Assembly: GCA_964422065.1 (NCBI GenBank)
Contig: CAYQZW010000001.1
Span: 1 to 58,413 of the forward strand
DNA from: an uncultured bacterium
Lineage (GTDB): Bacteria; Hydrothermota; Hydrothermia; WGAB01
Length of the DNA: 58,413 nt
Direction of reading: 5' to 3'
Part shown: positions 55,599 through 58,413 of the stretch, one piece after another
How the letters are laid out: every line of letters begins with the position of its first letter
How positions within the stretch are numbered: position 1 is the stretch's first letter
Made by a program: the position numbers and the translations under genes
Notes under the pieces: model-generated
What the model saw: the letters and a program-made list of their open reading frames with translations, nothing else
Database searches by the model: none
Told to the model about the DNA's origin: nothing

Positions 55599-57494
55599 CT
55601 AAGGGGTGCCCTCTAAATCCCCGCTGGATGCTCTGGAATGTCGGTAGAGGCGTTGGTACATCCGGTAGGACCGCATGACGCGCCGCACGTAGTTCCGGGT
55701 CTCGCGGTAGGGGATGAACTCAACGAAGACCGTGAGGTCTTGCGTTCTTGCCGCCTTTTGCCAGCGTTGGAGCCAGCGGGTGACGGCGCCGGGCCCGGCA
55801 TTATAGGCAGCGACAGCCAGCCGAGGGTCGCCAAAACGCTCCAGGAGTTGGGCCAGATACCGAGCCCCGACCCGGAGGTTTTGGAAGGGATGAAACACGC
55901 CCAACGGATGAGGCTCGCCGGTCACGGCCTGGTAGGTCCGGGGCATGAGTTGGGTCAGGCCGATGGCGCCGGCCCGGGAGATGACCCAGGGGTGGAAATG
56001 GCTCTCCTCCCGCATGATGGCCATGAGGAGGAAGGCGGGGACCGGCATGTCCCGGAGTTTCCGGGCCCAGGGATCGGGATATGGGAAGAGGAGCGTAAGG
56101 CGCAGGGAGTCCCATACCGGAGGGGAGGCCAGGGTCCGCCAGACCAAACGGGTCGCAAGGTAGGGCGCACCGACCTCAACAGCGATCTTTGCGGCCTGGA
56201 GTGCACACGCAGGCTCGGAGTCCACGACCGCTAATGCCCATGCGTACTCGTGGAGTTTCGCATAGAGCCGGAAGGCCGGGGAGAGGGCACAGGTGTCCTC
56301 GGATATCCTGGACGGCGGGAAGGCAAAGGAATCCGGGAGGATCGCCGTGTAGTACGACAAGGGATAGCGGTGAATCAGCGTGTCCCGGTACTGGGTGTTG
56401 CCGGTGAGCTTGTAGAGGAAATACAGGGCCTGGGCACGGTAGAAGTCGTCGGAACTGTGGAGGTTCTTCTGGAACCATTGCCAGGCGTCGGCACGTTGGT
56501 CCATGGCGAGGTACAGCAGGGCGACCCGGCTGACGGCGGCCGGGTGGCCCGGTGCAACGGGTTTCAGGGCCTTCAAAATGCGATAGACCCAGCGTTTCTG
56601 GAGGGCCAGGTGTGAGAGTTCGTAGGCGGCGCGTTCGCCCCAAGACCCGCCAGTTTTGACCAACGAGACCAAGGTCCGGATCGCCTCACTGTAGCGATCC
56701 AACCGTTCCAGGGTTAAGGCGCGGAGAAAGGTGAGCCTTGCTCGGGTGGCCGGCGGGAGGAGGGGGCGGAGCCGGGCTTCGGCCTTCAGGAATTCCCGAT
56801 CTTTCCGCAGGAAGTACAGGCTGAGCAGATGCTCTTTGGGGTAGTCGTCTGGCGGGAGGAGACGCAGGGCGTCCTCATATCGCCCGTGCGCAAAGGCGAT
56901 CCGACCGACAGTGATCGAATCCAGACCGGAGATCTCGGAGACGATCCGGTCCGCATAGGGCGAGGAGGGATACGTCGTGGCCAACAGCCTAAGGAGGGAG
57001 TCGGCCTGGGGCGGGGAGCGACGGCGAAGGGCCTGGGCTTTCCACCAAAGGATCTCGTCTTCACGGTCCTGGAAGCCATACGGCTGGGCCAGGTCCAGGA
57101 GGGTGAAGAGGGTTTCTGGGGGCAGGGTCTGGCCAAAGGCATAAAAGAAACTCCGGATGACCTCCTGGATCGGCGATCGGGGTGGGGCGGCCGTCAGGAG
57201 TTTGCGGAGGTAGATCCGGGCACTGTCTTGGTGGCCGAGCCCGATTTCCTTTTCAAGGCGAAGGGCAAGGAGCCAGGAGCGGTAACGGGGATATCGGGGG
57301 TAGAGCCAGTGCCACCATTGGAGATATGTTGAGTCGGCGACGGGACGGTTGTGGAGCCTCGCGAAGAGTTCCAGGTATCGGGTAGGAGGGGATGTTCGGG
57401 AGGGATCTCCCGGGGCCTGGAGGAGGAGAGTACTGATCAGGAGGAGGCCAACCACTGTGCGATCTCCTGCAGGTCTTGGGCAAGGGAAGCCCAC
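55599..57494 (-). CDS. soluble lytic transglycosylase (Slt70-like)
   Basis: Long helical-repeat N-region plus a C-terminal SLT motif AIMREESHFHPWVISRAGAIGLTQLMP. The exact start is uncertain. Confidence 0.8.
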   Translation of the reverse strand: MGFPCPRPAGDRTVVGLLLISTLLLQAPGDPSRTSPPTRYLELFARLHNRPVADSTYLQWWHWLYPRYPRYRSWLLALRLEKEIGLGHQDSARIYLRKLLTAAPPRSPIQEVIRSFFYAFGQTLPPETLFTLLDLAQPYGFQDREDEILWWKAQALRRRSPPQADSLLRLLATTYPSSPYADRIVSEISGLDSITVGRIAFAHGRYEDALRLLPPDDYPKEHLLSLYFLRKDREFLKAEARLRPLLPPATRARLTFLRALTLERLDRYSEAIRTLVSLVKTGGSWGERAAYELSHLALQKRWVYRILKALKPVAPGHPAAVSRVALLYLAMDQRADAWQWFQKNLHSSDDFYRAQALYFLYKLTGNTQYRDTLIHRYPLSYYTAILPDSFAFPPSRISEDTCALSPAFRLYAKLHEYAWALAVVDSEPACALQAAKIAVEVGAPYLATRLVWRTLASPPVWDSLRLTLLFPYPDPWARKLRDMPVPAFLLMAIMREESHFHPWVISRAGAIGLTQLMPRTYQAVTGEPHPLGVFHPFQNLRVGARYLAQLLERFGDPRLAVAAYNAGPGAVTRWLQRWQKAARTQDLTVFVEFIPYRETRNYVRRVMRSYRMYQRLYRHSRASSGDLEGTP

Positions 57495-57886
57495 CGGATC
57501 CGAAGTTCTAAGATCACGCGGTCGGGGAGGATGCGGTGCCGGAGATGGGGCAGGGACGGCGGGTTGGACTCGGTTTTTGGCGTCCGGGGGAACGCAAAGA
57601 GGAGCCGGTCGCCACGGGCTCGTAGGTACGCCACGGGATAGTAGAGCCAGGTGTGGCGGGGCAAAAGCAGGAGGGTGACCAGGAACTCCGGGATCGGGCC
57701 GTGCCGGCGGTAGATCGCTTTGAACCCTAAGACGCCGCCCAGCCAGGTGTATTCCACGTCTTGGGGGGCAAAGGTCTCTTCGAGGGTGACCATGGCATAA
57801 CGGGCGAGGCGGAGGTTCTTCGGTTGCCCCCAGAGATAGCCAATGAAGAGCACCAGCGTCAAGATCAGGAGGACCAAAAACAGCAT
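57437..57886 (-). CDS. hypothetical N-terminally anchored membrane protein
   Basis: From ORF 57437..58057. ATG 57886 (MLFLVLLILTLV...) lies 6 nt after a good -10 box. The longer start at 58057 cannot be excluded. Confidence 0.45.
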   Translation of the reverse strand: MLFLVLLILTLVLFIGYLWGQPKNLRLARYAMVTLEETFAPQDVEYTWLGGVLGFKAIYRRHGPIPEFLVTLLLLPRHTWLYYPVAYLRARGDRLLFAFPRTPKTESNPPSLPHLRHRILPDRVILELRIRWASLAQDLQEIAQWLASS

Positions 57887-57892
57887 GAAGCG

Positions 57893-57921
57893 AATATAAG
57901 CGGACTTTTGCGGAAGTTCAA
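57893..57921 (-). promoter_or_regulatory. promoter TTGAAC-17-TATATT placed 6 nt from ATG 57886 (leaderless-type geometry)
   Basis: Minus strand reads TTGAAC (57921-16), 17 nt, TATATT (57898-93), cgcttc, ATG. Confidence 0.45.
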
Positions 57922-58413
57922 GACGAGGGCAGGGCAAAAAAAAGCGCCAATCCGGGACCCCCTCTTTCCCGATTTTCCGGAAAGGTTCCTTCCAATCTTT
58001 CCTTGAAAAAATGAAAGATTTCACCGTCCTGCCAAAGTTTCCTGGATCGTAAAGCACCTAAGATTTTTCGTGGGGATCGAATCAACCCCAACTTCCCGGA
58101 GAAAAGTTCAAGGATTTTGGAGGCTGGCAAGCAGTTCTCGGCCTTTTTCTGAGATTTCCCAGATCCCATAGGGAGAGCCTGACTTCATCAGTCCTTCCCA
58201 CACCAGGATTTAACTCTTGCCATTTTATCATGCCAAAATATTGGAAGATGGACACGGAGATTATTGAATTCCCTTATATCTTCGGACGTTCAGTGCTTTC
58301 CACTTGAGCATGGGATGCTGTTGGATCCGTTTCGCCAATGCCTCGTCACGGGTCAACAAGGAGTCCCTCCCGTGAGACTTTCATGACACCTCTTCCCAGC
58401 GTCTTTCCAGGAT

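Noticed and set aside
57918-58413. ORF 57918-58169 (83 aa, minus strand), a possible plus-strand partial ORF starting at ATG 58383, and a possible minus-strand gene end near 58381.
   Set aside because: There are no motifs and no convincing RBS. The 83-aa ORF overlaps the predicted promoter of the neighbouring gene. The terminal fragments are too short to judge. The last ~350 nt are left unannotated.
1-58413. CRISPR arrays, IS elements, prophage, toxin-antitoxin pairs or known defence systems, including as an explanation for the AT-rich island.
   Set aside because: I saw no regularly spaced direct repeats, no transposase, integrase or recombinase-like ORFs, and no terminal inverted or direct repeats bounding the island. 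Repeated PEPGET and DxDxDG strings are protein-domain repeats, not DNA repeat arrays.

Overview
A 58.4-kb, densely coding chromosomal segment. By eye it is about 55-60% GC, apart from one ~2-kb AT-rich island. Three proteins end in T9SS (Por-type) C-terminal sorting domains, which suggests an FCB-superphylum-like, possibly uncultivated bacterium (inference only). All calls come from reading the ORF track and the DNA and from remembered family motifs; no searches were run. Gene content, left to right: hflX(partial)-lon-clpX-clpP-tig; etfA-etfB-thiolase; plsY; ddl; a HIT hydrolase; a PsiE-like protein and fabD; a coupled operon of archease / Cys-less PTPS-fold protein / GT2 / FAD oxidoreductase; an AT-rich island with an FG-GAP T9SS cargo gene and a small secreted protein; a yhaM-like gene and glyS; a Wzx/Wzy-type polysaccharide locus (two flippases, GT4, polymerase, Wzz with a degenerate kinase-like tail, beta-helix/CBM protein, sulfotransferase) with an OPT transporter inside it; an NYN protein; tRNA-Pro(CGG) followed by TIGR00725/SLOG, adenosine-specific-kinase-like and MltD/LysM genes; a DUF4139 protein; a 1,248-aa C25 (gingipain-family) T9SS protein; csoR-copA with an operator; an S8 subtilase T9SS cargo; a four-gene membrane operon of unknown family; an aldo/keto reductase; an MBL hydrolase; a DUF151 nuclease; a LytR_C protein; and an Slt-type transglycosylase. 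I saw no rRNA, CRISPR array, transposase, integrase or phage genes. Best candidates for something new: (1) the translationally coupled four-gene membrane operon at 49196-52605, which has two paralogous bitopic subunits; (2) the archease/PTPS-fold/GT2/FAD-oxidoreductase operon; (3) the AT-rich island fused in frame to a native-GC T9SS tail and driven by a promoter with a G9 spacer tract. Smaller oddities include a probable ATT start codon, leaderless-type promoters, a C25 protein with Gln in place of the catalytic His, and a tRNA ending 12 nt before a CDS.
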